Below, one piece after another: positions 48,161-60,637 of a stretch of DNA of 64,000 nucleotides. This DNA is from Felis catus (taxonomy: Eukaryota), in the NCBI RefSeq assembly GCF_018350175.1, contig NC_058369.1, positions 14,882,001 through 14,946,000 of the forward strand, read 5' to 3'. A program made the translations under genes and the position numbers. Under the pieces are notes generated by a model, which did no database searches, was not told the DNA's origin, and saw nothing but the letters and a program-made list of their open reading frames with translations. Within the stretch, counting starts at the first letter, position 1. The number at the start of each line of letters is the position of its first letter.

Positions 48161-48241
48161 GCGCATGGGGGGGGGGGGCGCGCGGCCGGCGCGGGAGCGA
48201 CGCGAGCCGATGACGTGCGGCGAACGGGGCTGCTCGGCAGC

Positions 48242-48298
48242 ATGGCGTCCGTGGCGCTGAGCGAGGCCGAGAAGGTGTATATCGTGCACGGCGTTCAG
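48242..48298 (+). CDS. EXOSC7: EXOSC7 (RRP42) exon 1: MASVALSEAEKVYIVHGVQ
   Basis: Recognisable RRP42 N-terminus. Good Kozak context AGCATGG. Donor CAG|gtagct. Confidence 0.96.
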
Positions 48299-48766
48299 GT
48301 AGCTACGCCGCGGCGTCAGGCCCCGGGTGCCCCTGGCCCTGCGCGTCTCGGCGCGCCCTCGGTTCGCTCGGGAGGCGGCGGGCTGGGTTTACCTTGTGGT
48401 TAGAAAGCACGGCGGCCGGCGTGTGCCTCCCGAAACGCGCGATGCGGTTGTGTTCGGGACCCCACGGCGAGCGTCCACTTAGGAGTGTGTGCGTACCTGC
48501 AGCCTTCCGCGTGTACAAGGTTCCAAACCTGGATGGGAAGGGGTGGGCAGTCCCTGAGGCCTTTTCTCAATGAGGGAGCATCGCCCCCGGGACAGACTCT
48601 TCAGCTCTCGCGCGTCGCATCACTGGGCTGAGCCTCGCTTTTCTCTACTAGGAAATGGGGGTTGGCGGTGGGCTTCTGGCCCGCTGTTCCTTACCTCGTG
48701 GTTGGGAAGCACAGGGAGAGAAGACACTGAAGTGAAAGCGCTTTGAAAATACAAATCGCCCACCGG

Positions 48767-48884
48767 AGGGGCGCCTGGGAGGCTCAGTCGGTTAAATACC
48801 GGACTCTTGGTCTCAGCCCGGGTCTTGATCTCGGGGTCCTGAATTTAAGACCCGGGTTGGGCTCTGCGCTGGGCGTGAAGCCTA

Positions 48885-48916
<32 letters not shown>
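48767..48916 (+). mobile_element. Short-type CAN-SINE with about 30-nt pure A tail
   Basis: ggggcgcctgggaggctcagtcggttaa head and no CT linker. Confidence 0.88.
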
Positions 48917-48919
<3 letters not shown>

Positions 48920-50278
48920 GGATTTACAGCCGGTGGCCTTAGTTCTGCCGTGGAGGTCTGAGATTCCCAGAGGCAGCTGTAACTATAGTCAGATCTTCTG
49001 TGCTTAGTCTTCGGTCCCAGGTCTTGACCTCTCCAGAGCGAGAGTTGGAGACTGTTGGGCCTAATGAACTATCAGGGAAAGCCAAGTGTGACCTTATCTG
49101 TAACCTACCCAGATGTACCTTATCTGTAACACATCCCCAGATGTCTGGGCAAAGCCTCACCATAGTCCTGTTCTTGCCCATAGAGACCTAATCATTTTGT
49201 GTTTTACTTTTCACTCTTGGTCCAATAGGGTCGAATTTAATTCCTGGTGTCCCCTTTCCATCAGCCTTTGATTCCTTTATTATTCCAAAGATGAATAAAG
49301 TAAAGGCAATGGAATATAAGATGTTTGCTAAGGGAGTGGTATAGTTTGTGGAGATTAAAGGAGCTATACAATATTGGTCTGTGATGTTCGGAGGGCTTCC
49401 CTAAGGAGGTGGAATTGCTCCCCTAATCTATGTTAAGGGTCCCTCCTGTGTATTTTCAGGACTCAGTATTCATTCATTCAACCTAGAACTGAGCTAGACT
49501 CAAGGGATAGGAAGGAGCCTGCCCTTATATAGCTCCCATGCTAGAAGGAAGAGACAGAAATTATAGATCTCTTTGTGTGCTTGTATGTAAAATTGTACTG
49601 ATAGCTGTGAAGGGAAAAAAAATCAGAGACCTGATCTAGTCTGGGAAGTCAGGGGAAGCTTCCTTAAGGAAATAGTATTTGAACTGAGCTTTCAGTACGC
49701 TTAAGAATTAATTAAGTAGGTTTGAGCCTTGCAGGAGGAAGGGACGCTGAGTCCACCCACAGGCTTTCAGGTGGAGAAAGTGTGGAGCCACAGGGGTGGG
49801 CTGGGGGTAGTGGTGGGAGATTAGGTTGCAGAGGTGGCTAGAAACCTGATCTAGGAGTTTTAGAGGTTCAGTCACTCCATCATAGATCTTGGGAGGTAAT
49901 AATCTGTTGATTTGTCTGTGTGGTACTTTTAAAACCTCGCCAGTGTCCAGCACTTAGTAGATACTCAGTGACGTTGAGTAGGGTATTTCTTAAAAAGGAG
50001 GTCAGTTGGACATTGTTTTCATTTTTAAAATTAAACCTCTGTCTTACCAGTACCATGAACATATTAGGGCCACAATTGTTAAATGGTCTGTTCTGTGTAT
50101 GGTAGAGCCATACAGAGTAACTGACTTTAAATAAATCTCTTTGTAAGGACTATTAACGTTGGCCACAAAATTGCTGTATTTATGGAGGAGGGAAACTGAA
50201 TTTATACCATCTGAATAAAGGTCAGAAGGCAGGTGATTGAGCTTCCACCGACTCAGTTCTAAAATCACCTCAACTTTT

Positions 50279-50500
50279 GGGGCAGCTGGGTGTCTTAGTC
50301 AGTTAAACATCCGACTTCGGCTCAGGTCATGATCGTGCAGTTCTTGGGTTTGAACCCTGCTTCAGGCTCTGTACTGACATCTCATAGCCTCGAACCTGCT
50401 TCTGATTCTGTGTCTCCCTCTGTCTGCCCCTCTCCTCTCACTCTGACTCTCTATCTCAAAAATAAACATTAAAAAATAAAAAATAAACATTAAAAAAAGA
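50279..50500 (+). mobile_element. CAN-SINE
   Basis: TSD aaatcacctcaactttt. Confidence 0.92.
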
Positions 50501-50695
50501 AAGACTGAGTTAATTTTTTTTAAATCACCTCAACTTTTGTTTTGTCTTTTGACCAACTTCTGTTTTGGTCTTTGAGTGCCAGTAGTGCCTCGCTGGAATC
50601 CTGTTCTTGCCCTTACCTATAGATCTACTCGTTTTTTTATTTTTCACCTTTGGTTCAGTGTGGTCAGTTTCAGTTTCTGTCATCCCTTTCTTAAA

Positions 50696-51131
50696 TTTTT
50701 TTTTTAAATTTTTTTTTTAACGTTTATTTATTTTTGAGACAGAGAGAGCATGAACGGGGGAGGGTCAGAGAGAGGGAGACACAGAATCTGAAACAGGCTC
50801 CAGGCTCCGAGCTGTCAGCACAGAGCCCGATGCGGGGCTCGAACTCACGGACTGCGAGATCGTGACCTGAGCCGAAGTCGGCTGCTCAACCAACTGAGCC
50901 ACCCAGGCGCCCCTTAAATTTTTTTTTTTTAACTTTTATTTATTTTTGGGACAGAGAGACAGAGCACGAATGGGGGAGGGGCAGAGAGAGAGGGAGACAC
51001 AGAATCTGAAGCAAGCTCCAGGCTCTGAGCCATCAGCCCAGAGCCCGACGTGGGGCTCGAACTCATGGACCGCGAGATCGTGACCTGAGCTGAAGTCAGA
51101 CGCTTAACCTATGGAGCCTCCCAGGCGCCCC
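50696..51131 (-). mobile_element. Two tandem CAN-SINEs (50696-50913; 50919-51131)
   Basis: Outer TSD tctgtcatc; inner repeat cttaaattttttttt. Confidence 0.93.
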
Positions 51132-51619
51132 TCTGTCATCTCTTTTTTTTCAGCCTTTGATTCCTTTACTATCTTAGGGGTATTTCATCCTGGTTTGGTG
51201 GTGGTTAGAAGCAGTTGAAATTAACTTCACAATGTGTGTTGAGGACTCAGTTGCTAGTAATGGTAACCAACTAACTGGCCCAAGCAAAAAAAGTATGTAT
51301 TAGAAGGTTACAAGTGTTTCTCCAGGAGTTCAAGGTCATCTTCAGGCTCTTCCTTGCTCTGCTGCTTTTATGCTTTTGCTTTGTTCTTACCCGTCTTCAG
51401 AGTGGCTTTCTGTTTCTCAGGCCATGTGTTAGAAAGAATATGGTTACCTCTTAGCTCCTGGGATTACAGTTCCTCTCTATAAGAAACCGTCCCTTCCTGA
51501 GGGAATGGATAGACAGGCTCAAGCTGGCCACTGGGAGGATGAGGCACCCTTGAGAGAGAGCAGTTTGAGAGCAAGCAAGATGAATCATTAGGTCCTGGCA
51601 GAATACGGAACCTCATTCA

Positions 51620-52075
51620 GATAATTCAGGAGACTTTCATGATATCACTCTTGATAATGCTATGGGGGGGTTTCAAGGATCAATAAGAGAGACCAGGGAG
51701 CCCAAAGATGAGCAACCAGGGAGTAGATGTTACCCCTGGGCTGAAGGGGGCCAAAGGAGGCAGTTGTGTTACCAGATGCTAGTGATAATTGGAACAGTGG
51801 AGGAATGACTGCTCAACAGAAATTGTAGGCTTGGGTAGATGAAGGTGCTGTCAGAAATGTGGTACCAATTAGGGGTGCTGGGGATAGGGAGCGGGGAGCA
51901 TTGTCTCCCCTCCTTTTCGACCTTTCATTGACCAAACCCAGCCACAAGCCAGTAAAGGGAGCCCAGGTGATGCAGTTTGGAAGGAGTCAGCCTGGTGCAC
52001 AGATGAGAGCAGAGAAAGATGGAGAATGGATCTGAGGAAGTGGGGCAGGAAAAATGGAAAGGTTGATCCATCAAT
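51620..52075. mobile_element. Old ERVL-type LTR (LTR33/LTR41-like)
   Basis: ccaaacccagccacaagccag...gggagcccaggtgatgcagt...ggagaatggatctg. Confidence 0.6.
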
Positions 52076-52166
52076 ATTCTTAGCATACGATTGGACTGGT
52101 TTCTGTTAGGTTGCCTCTCACCCTTGAAGGCTGGGATGTCCCACTTTTGTTAGGTACATATTATAA

Positions 52167-52199
52167 TTTTTTTTTATGTTTATTTTTGAGAGAGAGAGA

Positions 52200-52249
<50 letters not shown>

Positions 52250-52415
52250 TGCAAGCGGGGGAGGGGCAGAGAGAGAGGGAGACACAGAATCCGAAACAGG
52301 CTCCAGGCTCTGAGCTGTCAGCACAGAGCCCGACACGGGGCTCGAACTCAGGAACCGCGAGATCATGACCTGAGCCGAAGTCGGATGCTTCACCGACTGA
52401 GCCACCCAGGCACCC
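52167..52415 (-). mobile_element. CAN-SINE containing an (AC)n microsatellite
   Basis: TSD-like tgt(t/c)aggtacat(a/g)ttat. Confidence 0.93.
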
Positions 52416-53710
52416 CTGTCAGGTACATGTTATGATTTTTATGTCACTGAATCTTTGAAACAGGCTTGAAGGTGAATATTATTATCTCTACGTTGTAGAT
52501 GAAGAACTGAGCTCAGACAGGCTAAGTCACTTGTTCAAGGTGACACAGAAAGTGTGTAGTGGAGCGAGGACAGAAATCCAGATCTGTCTGATTGCAGAGC
52601 CCATACCAGATCCTCATGCTGCTTTCCTCCTTCAGTGAAAGCCATTGTCTTCCCTTCCTTAAATAAGGATCTGAAAACAAAGGCCAGAGAGAATCCCCAT
52701 TTCTACTTCTCTCTTTTTTTTTTTTCATCTGGAAGCATGTGAGCAAACAGGAAGGAGGAGGGAAAGTTCTGACTCACCCGCCACCCCCCTGTACCATTTT
52801 TCTAGACTTAAAAAAGTGTATGACATATATTATTATCTTTTCAGGCAGTATTTTTTCCATATTGGCTATAAGTTCTGTTAGAACCCTATTTGCCTTTTCT
52901 TGTACAGCTTTTGTGTTACTAACTTGTGTCTCAAACTGTTTTTTTTTTCCCTGTTTACAATATTCAGGAACTGGGGGACAGATTTCAGAATTTGCAGAAT
53001 CTAGGATTTGTCCTCTTTGGAGTTTGCTTCACTGGCTAGAGGTGTGTTTTCTTCAAGAGAAGACATCGCTAACCTCCGTCACAGCCCAGTGATTCTGACG
53101 CCTGGAAGTAGCTTTTACTCAGCAACAAAGTACAGATTCCCAGGCTTTACCCAGACCTTCTGAATCAGAACCTCTGGGGCCGGAGCTCGGGAATGGACAT
53201 TGTCATAAAATGTTGGGAGATTTTGATGCAGCCAGCAGACATTGGCCCCTGGGCAGACCACTGGCCTGGTCCAGCTGAGAGCCTGCCGTGGAGTCTCTGC
53301 TCCCGCCTGCCTGAGGTCACGTGGTCGCCCACTGTGTTTGCAGCCCCCTTTCCCAGCTCTGCCATTCACAGCCAGGGAGATTTTATCTGAGTAGTGGAGC
53401 TAGCCCCCCTCCCCCACCTGCACACACGTAAAATGAGAACATGCCCATCTGGGGGCCGAATGGGGTTGTGAGGAATGATGAGATGACAAAATACACAGCG
53501 CCTGGCGTGTGGTCAACCCTGAAGAAACGTTGGCTCCTTTTCAAGTTTGTTTTTTCCATCAGAAGTATGACTTTGTCCCGAACCATACACACTGTAGCCC
53601 CAGGCTTCACAGTGACCCCATTAGGGGTTCAGGCTGTGGCTATTGAGGTTTAAGCTCTTTCAGCGTGGAAGGCTAGAGATGATTGAATTATCTCAAGAGA
53701 AAGGGGATTT

Positions 53711-53940
53711 GGGGCACCTGGGTGGCTCAGTCGGTTAAGCGTCCAACTTCGGCTCACGTCATGATCTCACGGCTTGTGAGTTCAAGGCCCGTGTCGGGCT
53801 CTGTGCTGACAGCTCAGAGCCTGGAGCCTCTTCAGACTCTGTGTCTTTCTTTCTCTCTCTGCCCCTCCCCTGCTCATACTCTGTCTCTCTCTGTCTCTCA
53901 AAAATAAAAATAAAAACATTAAAAAAAAAATTAAAAAAAG
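53711..53940 (+). mobile_element. CAN-SINE
   Basis: TSD aagagaaaggggattt at 53695-53710 and 53943-53958. Confidence 0.94.
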
Positions 53941-55904
53941 AAAAGAGAAAGGGGATTTGTGGCAAGGGCTAGGAAGTCCCTAGGGAGCTCCAAGGCACCA
54001 CATCCCATGGGCTCCAGCGTGGATCACATGGTCTGCACTGTCTGCCTGTCTTTATGTCTCTGGCGACACCTCCCCTTCTCTGTCCTGAAGCGTATCCCTT
54101 CTCTGCAGCCATTTGCTGTCTAGCTTCCCTTCATCTTGGTATAATCTGACCCCGCCCCCAACCCCCGCCCCCTGCCTTTCTTCTATGTGGCCTCTCCAGC
54201 CTCCCTCCACACCTGACGTGTCCGCTCCTCTTTAACTCCCTTCTCCTTGAGTATTTCCCAGGTCAGAGATCACATTCCAAGGAGAGAATATGATTCATGC
54301 CAGAGGAGCTGGTTGCTCTCTGGGTTGTGAGCACCTACCATTGGCTCGGGCTGTTGGGGGCGGATGGTGACTCGGTCATGTGGGCTCAGTAGACACGATA
54401 GGCTTTCCAGAGGTCTGTTTACTGGTGCTCTGGCCATGACCTGGACGTTAAACCGGACTCCATAGGTTTAGACCACCCTAGCAATGGATTAGCCCCACCA
54501 GGAGGCATTCCCCTTGGAGCTTTGGCAAAGCCATGTTATGGAATTTTTCTTGGCAGTTGAAGGGAGGTGTAGCTCAGCTGATGGTTTCAGTTTCTTTTCT
54601 TGTGGCTCTAGCTTTCTTCGTAAGCGTCGCTGGAGGAGCAGCACAGAAGGGGGAGCAGGGCTGAGACAGGTCTTTAGCTGTAAGATTGAGCAGTCGGTAC
54701 TCAGCTGCTCAACCTGGCCATGCAGAACTGGAGCCAGCCCTCAGGGCTCTTGATCTGGAGCCCCATGCCCTTTCCATTTGCAGGCCCACGGCACGGAAAG
54801 TCCGCGCTCAGGCACTTTACAAGGTGAACAGAATCCCACCCTTGCGAGGAAATGCAGGACTACTCAAACAAGCTTGGAGGGGGAATGAGGATCGACATCT
54901 GATTTTGCCTGCGGTGACTCGAGCGGGGCCTGCAGAGCTGGATCTGATGTGGTCCTTCTAAGTGGGGTCATGTTCCAGTAGGGGTGGCGTTCCAGCTACC
55001 GTTCGCTAGCACGTCCGAGGTGTTGGACATGTCAGAGCGAGGTGGAGGGGGTTAACATCACTGAGGACACAGTCTGAACCTCCCCAAGCACATTAGGCTA
55101 GCAGAGCCCACTTTCAGCTTCGGTTAGGGAGCCATAGGACTGGGTTGTCTGGGTGTGAGGAAAGCAGCTCTGGGTGGAGTCACCTGTCCTTCCAGTCTGT
55201 CACAAACAGCGAGACTGGTGCCTCAGGGACCTTGTCAGTAACCTCTCTCCACGGTTGTTTTCGAGGATTCGGTGAGCTGATACGTGCCCCAGAACAGGGG
55301 AAGGGAACTGTGGAGGGGGCATTCTGCGTGTTACACTGCGCTGAGGGTCCCCTGAAATGACTCCTGGCTTCTGGATTCTCCTGTAATTCTATAAGGTTGG
55401 GGTCAGTTCCCCTTTCTGGACGGACGGACCCCAAGCTGTTGAGGAACTAACTTGCGTAAGGTCGCAAAGCTGGTATGTGACAGGAAAGGTTTAAATAGAG
55501 GCTGGAGGGGACCCCATCACGCCACACCCAACTGCGAGTTAACAACTGGAAAGTCCCGGGAGCCACCCCGCCCCCTCGGAAGGACAGGGCCCCACTTGGT
55601 GGTGTCGTCCTGCACATGTTGACGTCTCTGTTGAGTTTTTGAATGAGCTTTCACTTCAGGGCGGCCCCTGTTTAAATGTTCACACAGGGATTAATTCCTT
55701 GGCTTCTGAATACTACCAGAGAATAAATATTTTGGTCCGGCCTCTGGCTCTGAGCCAGGCCAAGCAGGTTTGGGTGATTTTTAAGCCTTTTATGAGGAAT
55801 GCTGGATTAAAAAAAAAAAAAAAGTTGTGGGTGCAGTGATTCATAGACTAATTTGTTTGGGTTTTTTGGTTTGTTTTTCTCTATTCTCTTAGGTGTTTTT
55901 TTGT

Positions 55905-56329
55905 GTTTTTGTTTTATATATATATTTTTTATTATATGCTGGTGAGTGGGGGAGGGGAAGAGGGAGAGGTTTTTTGGTTTTGTTTTTTTTTTAGTTTATT
56001 TATTTTGAGAGAGCACCCAAGCTTGAGCAGGGGAGGAGCAGAGAGAGAGGGAGACACAGAATCTTAAGCAGGCTCCACACTGTCAGCACAGCCCGACACA
56101 AGGCTCAAATTCATGAACCGAGAGATCGTATCCTGAGCCGAGCAAAATCAAGTTGGCTACTTAACCGACTGAACCACCCAGGTGCCCCAGAGGGAGAGAG
56201 ACTCTTCAGCAGGCTCCATGCTTCGTGCAGAACTTGACATGGTGCTCAATCCCATGATCCTGGGATCATGACCTGAGCTGAAATCAAGAGTTGGATGCTC
56301 AACTAACTACCAGAGCCACCCAGGCATCC
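55905..56329 (-). mobile_element. Nested CAN-SINEs
   Basis: Inner copy at about 55970-56188 interrupts an older copy, with agagggagag duplicated. Confidence 0.8.
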
Positions 56330-56587
56330 CAGTCCTTTTTCCCTATCCAAAAAAAAAAAAAAATTCTATGCATGCTTGCACAGAAAAATTTGTAGCTTTT
56401 TGTTTATCTCTTATTTGTCACCTGAGCCCTTCCCATAGAGCCTTCCCCAGGGAACAGAGAGTGATGTAAAGGTTGGAAAGGCAATACTTGGTGAGGCCCA
56501 GTTTTCTGGCCCCCTCCCAGTCCCATCCTGGAACAAGGGGCATGTCACGACAAAGGGTTGTGACTAGGTCTTTCCAGGGAAGTGGTA

Positions 56588-56994
56588 TTTTATTTTATTT
56601 TTTTAATGTTTTATTTATTTTTGAGAGAGAGAGAGAGACAGAAGGCAGGCTCCTGAGGCGGGGCGTGAACTCACAAAGCATGAGGTCATGGCCTGAGCTG
56701 AAGTGAGACGCTTAACCAACCCCGCCACCCAGGCGCTCCCCAGAGAAGTGGTATTTTATTTTTTATTTTTTTTTTTAATTTTTTTTTCAACGTTTTTTTA
56801 TTTATTTTTGGGACAGAGAGAGACAGAGCATGAACGGGGGAGGGGCAGAGAGAGAGGGAGACACAGAATCGGAAACAGGCTCCAGGCTCCGAGCCATCAG
56901 CCCAGAGCCTGACGCGGGGCTCGAACTCCCGGACCGCGAGATCGTGACCTGGCTGAAGTCGGACGCTTAACCGACTGCGCCACCCAGGCGCCCC
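56588..56994 (-). mobile_element. Two tandem CAN-SINEs (deleted older copy plus young felid copy)
   Basis: Target gaagtggtatttta is present three times. Confidence 0.92.
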
Positions 56995-58210
56995 GAGAAG
57001 TGGTATTTTAAAGCCATGGTGGGGAAGCCTGTCACCTTGTGGCCTCCCTGCGTGCAGAGTCCTCTTCATCAACAGGACCAACTGGTATAGCCAGCATCCT
57101 CGCAGGGAGGCCGTGCTCACTCCTGTTGCACGGTGGAGAGACCCTTTAGAACGCAGGAGGCCACGTGGACTTGTTCCGAGGTCTGGTGCGGGGTTCGGGT
57201 GCTCCTTATCGGCTGTGGCCTTGAGCCGGCCATTTAGCATCTTTCAGCCTCTTTCCTCATTTGTAAAATGGAATGAAAAAAAACTCTCTTACAGGGTTAT
57301 TTTGAAAATTAAATGTGTCAACTGTGTAGCATTTCCTGGCACATCACTTCCTATGTGGTAAAGGCACTCAGGTAGTAGCTACTGTTCATTGTTGCAAATG
57401 ATTGCGGCTGTTTCAATTTACAGGTCTGAAGAATTAGAGCAGCACCTTTGAGGCCTTCTGATTCAATGTCCATTCTTTTAACAGAGGAGGGAACTAGTCT
57501 AGAGCATCTCGTCCTAGGTCAAGCAGCTAGTCATGGCAGGCCCAGGCCCAGAGCCCATGACTAATACTCGTAGTGATTGATCACACTTGCACTTTACTTG
57601 CACCTCAAGGAGTCTTTTGTAAAGGATGTTTCTGGGCCCTGTTTTCACTTTCCTAGCAGGGAAGGGGGGGGGGGGGTGGAGCATCAGAGACTGACCTAGG
57701 AAGCCTTTCCTGTGCTGCTGTGTGCTGTGGGGTTGTTAAGAGACAGTTACATCGTTTTGGGATCCTTTCGTGAAGAGGGGTCACTTTATCTAACTCATTT
57801 CCTAGACTTGAAATTCTGTTGCTTTCAAGTACAGGTCTCCCCAGACTCACGATGGGGGTTGCCTCCAGCAAGGGAATGGCCTGGGGAGTGGATGAGCCGG
57901 CAAAGGGACTTCAAGCTGACTCCTGATGCTTATTTTCTCTTCATTAACAGGAATTGGGGGAAGAAAAGAGTAGAAACGAACAGGGCAGATGGTGGGGGTT
58001 GGGCTTTGCTGGATTTCAGTGTCTCAGAATCAAAACCTCAGTCATATATGCAGTTAGCCAGGCAGTTTAAAGATAAGTTTGTGACAGTTACATACTTCAG
58101 AACAGTGTTTTTAAACTTTTTGAGGAGCACTAGCCCCTTTGAGAATCTCATAAGCTAATGAGTCTTTTTCTGAAAGAAAAAAAAAAGTGCTTTCAAAAGA
58201 TGTTTACAAA

Positions 58211-58310
58211 GGGGCGCCTGGCTGGCTCAGTCAGAAGAGCATCCAACTCTTGATCTCAGGGTCTTGAGTTCGAGCTCCGTGTTGGGTGTAGAGATTACTT
58301 AAAATCTTAA
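58211..58310 (+). mobile_element. Short-type CAN-SINE
   Basis: TSD atgtttacaaa. Confidence 0.88.
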
Positions 58311-58339
58311 AGAAAATGTTTACAAAGAATAAGGAAGGT

Positions 58340-59775
58340 CTCCATGAGCTGATGTATAGTGATTGCCCACATATGTATTAAGTGTTAAAAAAAAAAAGAA
58401 AGAAAGAAAAAGAAGCAAAGTGTAAAAGAGTATCTGTAGTGTGCCACTCCTCATTTAAGAAGGATAAAATATATTCATGGATCTGCTCATTTGTGCAAAG
58501 GAAATACAGGAACTATGAACCAGCAGTTAAATAGTAAATAGCCTGGTTACCTGCCCGGGGTGGGTGGGAACGAGGCAGAAAGATGGGGGTGTGAAAATAG
58601 GGCTGAGGGCAGAGCCACCTTTCCCTGAGCACACCTTTTCTGATAGCTTTGACTTCTAGAGTCATGGTGCTAGTCTGCATACCCACAATGTAAACGAGTA
58701 ATTAAAAGTAGCCAGGATGCGGGGCCCCCAGACTCGAGCACAAACAGGTACCGATGAGCCTCACAGGGGTAGGAGGGAATAACAGGCACGCTCAAGGAGG
58801 GGGAGACGATGGACAATGGGATGTGGGGTGGGCACTCACTGTAAGGCTAAAGACAAAAAGAACGCCACACAAGTACTGTTCACTAGTAAATTTGTTGCTC
58901 GCAGGGGTATGGGTTAGCAATTCTGAAAGTACTTCATGAGTATACTAAGATTTAAGAAATACCTTGTGGATAATGAGAGCCAGGTGTCTCCCTGTCTGAG
59001 AAAGAAGTTCTAAATAAGACATGAAGGAAAGTTAGAACCAGCTATCGGGGCCTTTTTTTTTTTTTTTTTAACATTTATTCATTTTTGAGAGAGAGACATA
59101 GAGCATGAGTGGGGAAGGGGCACAGAGAGAGAGGGAGACACAGAATCCGAAGCAGGCTGCAGGCCCCGAGCTGTCAGCACAGAGCCCGATGCGGGACTCG
59201 AACTCATGGACCGCAGGATCATGACTTGAGCCGAAGTCGGACGCCCAACCGACTGAGCCACCCAAGTGCCCCATATCAGGGCCTTTTAAGAGCTGCATGG
59301 ATAGAAGAGCTGTATGGGTTAGTGCTGTGTGGGTGAGTATAAGTACATATGTAGTTATCGAGCTCTGTCTGCTGAGAAGGTCTGGAAGCAATGACACCCC
59401 AGTAGCAGGGAACTTGCTTAGCACCCAGATCCTGGTTTTTAAAAGCACCATTCTTCAATAAAAGGAACCAGGACTCCTCGGAGAAAGGGCTGACCCCAAG
59501 GCCAGGGCAGGGAAAAATACAAGAGGCTGGAACATCATGTCTTGTCAGAAGTAAAGGTGTGCTTGGGAAAGATCGCAAGTGTGTTGAAAGAATGCAGGAA
59601 GCAACCCAAAGGAACTCCCAGTGGCCAAATCTGGAACGCGTTGAGCAGCAGGATAAGTAATGGTCGTACTGGATCACAACCACAGCATAAAGTGGGTATC
59701 TGTGAGATACGTGGATAAGAGTAAATAAACAGGGATAAAGGGCAGGCAGGACGTGGGCCACCCTGAAACGCATCT
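58340..59775 (+). mobile_element. Old L1 3' UTR relic (L1MC3/L1MC4-like), interrupted by a CAN-SINE (- 59052-59272)
   Basis: aaggaaccaggactcctcggagaaagggctga...cagggcagggaaaaatacaaga and aggaactcccagtggccaaatctggaac. SINE TSD tatc(g/a)gggcctttt. Confidence 0.75.
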
Positions 59776-59781
59776 CCCGCA

Positions 59782-59986
59782 GCAGAGGTCGGCAAGCTTT
59801 TCCTGTAAGGGGCTAGATGGTGAAGATTTGGGGCGTGTGGCTCGTAAGATCTCTGTCACAACCGTGCAGCTCTGCCGTTGGGAGTGTGAAGCAGCCATGG
59901 ACAACCTCAGCAAACGGACCTGGCCGTGCTCCAGCGAGACGTTTTACAGAAGCAGGTGGCCCTCGTGCCGAGGTGTGCCGTCCCTG
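59782..59986. mobile_element. MER58A-like hAT-Charlie element
   Basis: Terminal inverted repeats cagaggtcggcaa and tgccgtccctg with a typical internal sequence. Confidence 0.82.
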
Positions 59987-60535
59987 TTCTAGAGAATGCC
60001 CAGGGTAGAGATGATAGCTGGGTTTTTTAGCCGTTAACAGAGTAGATTTTGTTCAGGTTAGGGAGCGGGAGGCCTGCGGCCGAGAGAGTTGGGCTCTGTG
60101 GCCCCGACAGTGCATACCTCCTGGTGCGGTTTTGGACTTGCAGACTTGGAAAGAGGCAGCTTATTTCGCCTCTTGTTCCGATTTTGTTTGTTCCGTGTGT
60201 CTGTTTGGTATAGTGGGATGTGGTGTGGACTTTGCGCTGGGACGTACCTGGGTAGAAACCCAGTGTGCTCTCACCAGCTGTGGGACGTCGGCCACATGGC
60301 TGCATCATGGCTGCATCACATCCGTCAAGCCGCTTTACTTCTGTGAGTCTTTGTTTCCTCAGATGTAAAATAGGAATATTGTTACCAGCAAAAGGAGAGA
60401 GTTTTGGATGATTCGCTAAGGGGGAAGGGGATGTTGTACTGCCTAGTTCTCTAGGAGGGAAATGGCACGGATGAGTTGGGGAGTCTGTTGGTGCTTTGGT
60501 TGTGGTTGTGTTAGGATTGTGGTCGTTGCACTTAG

Positions 60536-60637
60536 GAAGACCTCCGTGTGGACGGCCGTGGCTGTGAGGACTACCGATGTGTCGAAGTGGAAACCGACGT
60601 GGTGTCCAACACCAGTGGGTCTGCCAGGGTCAAGCTG
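60536..60637 (+). CDS. EXOSC7: EXOSC7 exon 2 (102 nt): EDLRVDGRGCEDYRCVEVETDVVSNTSGSARVKL
   Basis: RNase PH-fold RxDGR and GSA motifs. Acceptor cttag|GA, donor CTG|gtgagt. Confidence 0.97.

Larger units (their letters stand above)
47600..48520. promoter_or_regulatory. CpG island / bidirectional promoter of ZDHHC3 and EXOSC7
   Basis: Very high GC and CpG density. Spans both first exons. TGACG (CRE/ATF half-site) motifs at 48151 and 48211. No TATA box seen. Confidence 0.9.

Noticed and set aside
47609..48403. 264-aa plus-strand ORF across the CpG island
   Set aside because: It starts at GTG and runs through a microsatellite and past the EXOSC7 exon 1 donor. Only 48242-48298 is supported.
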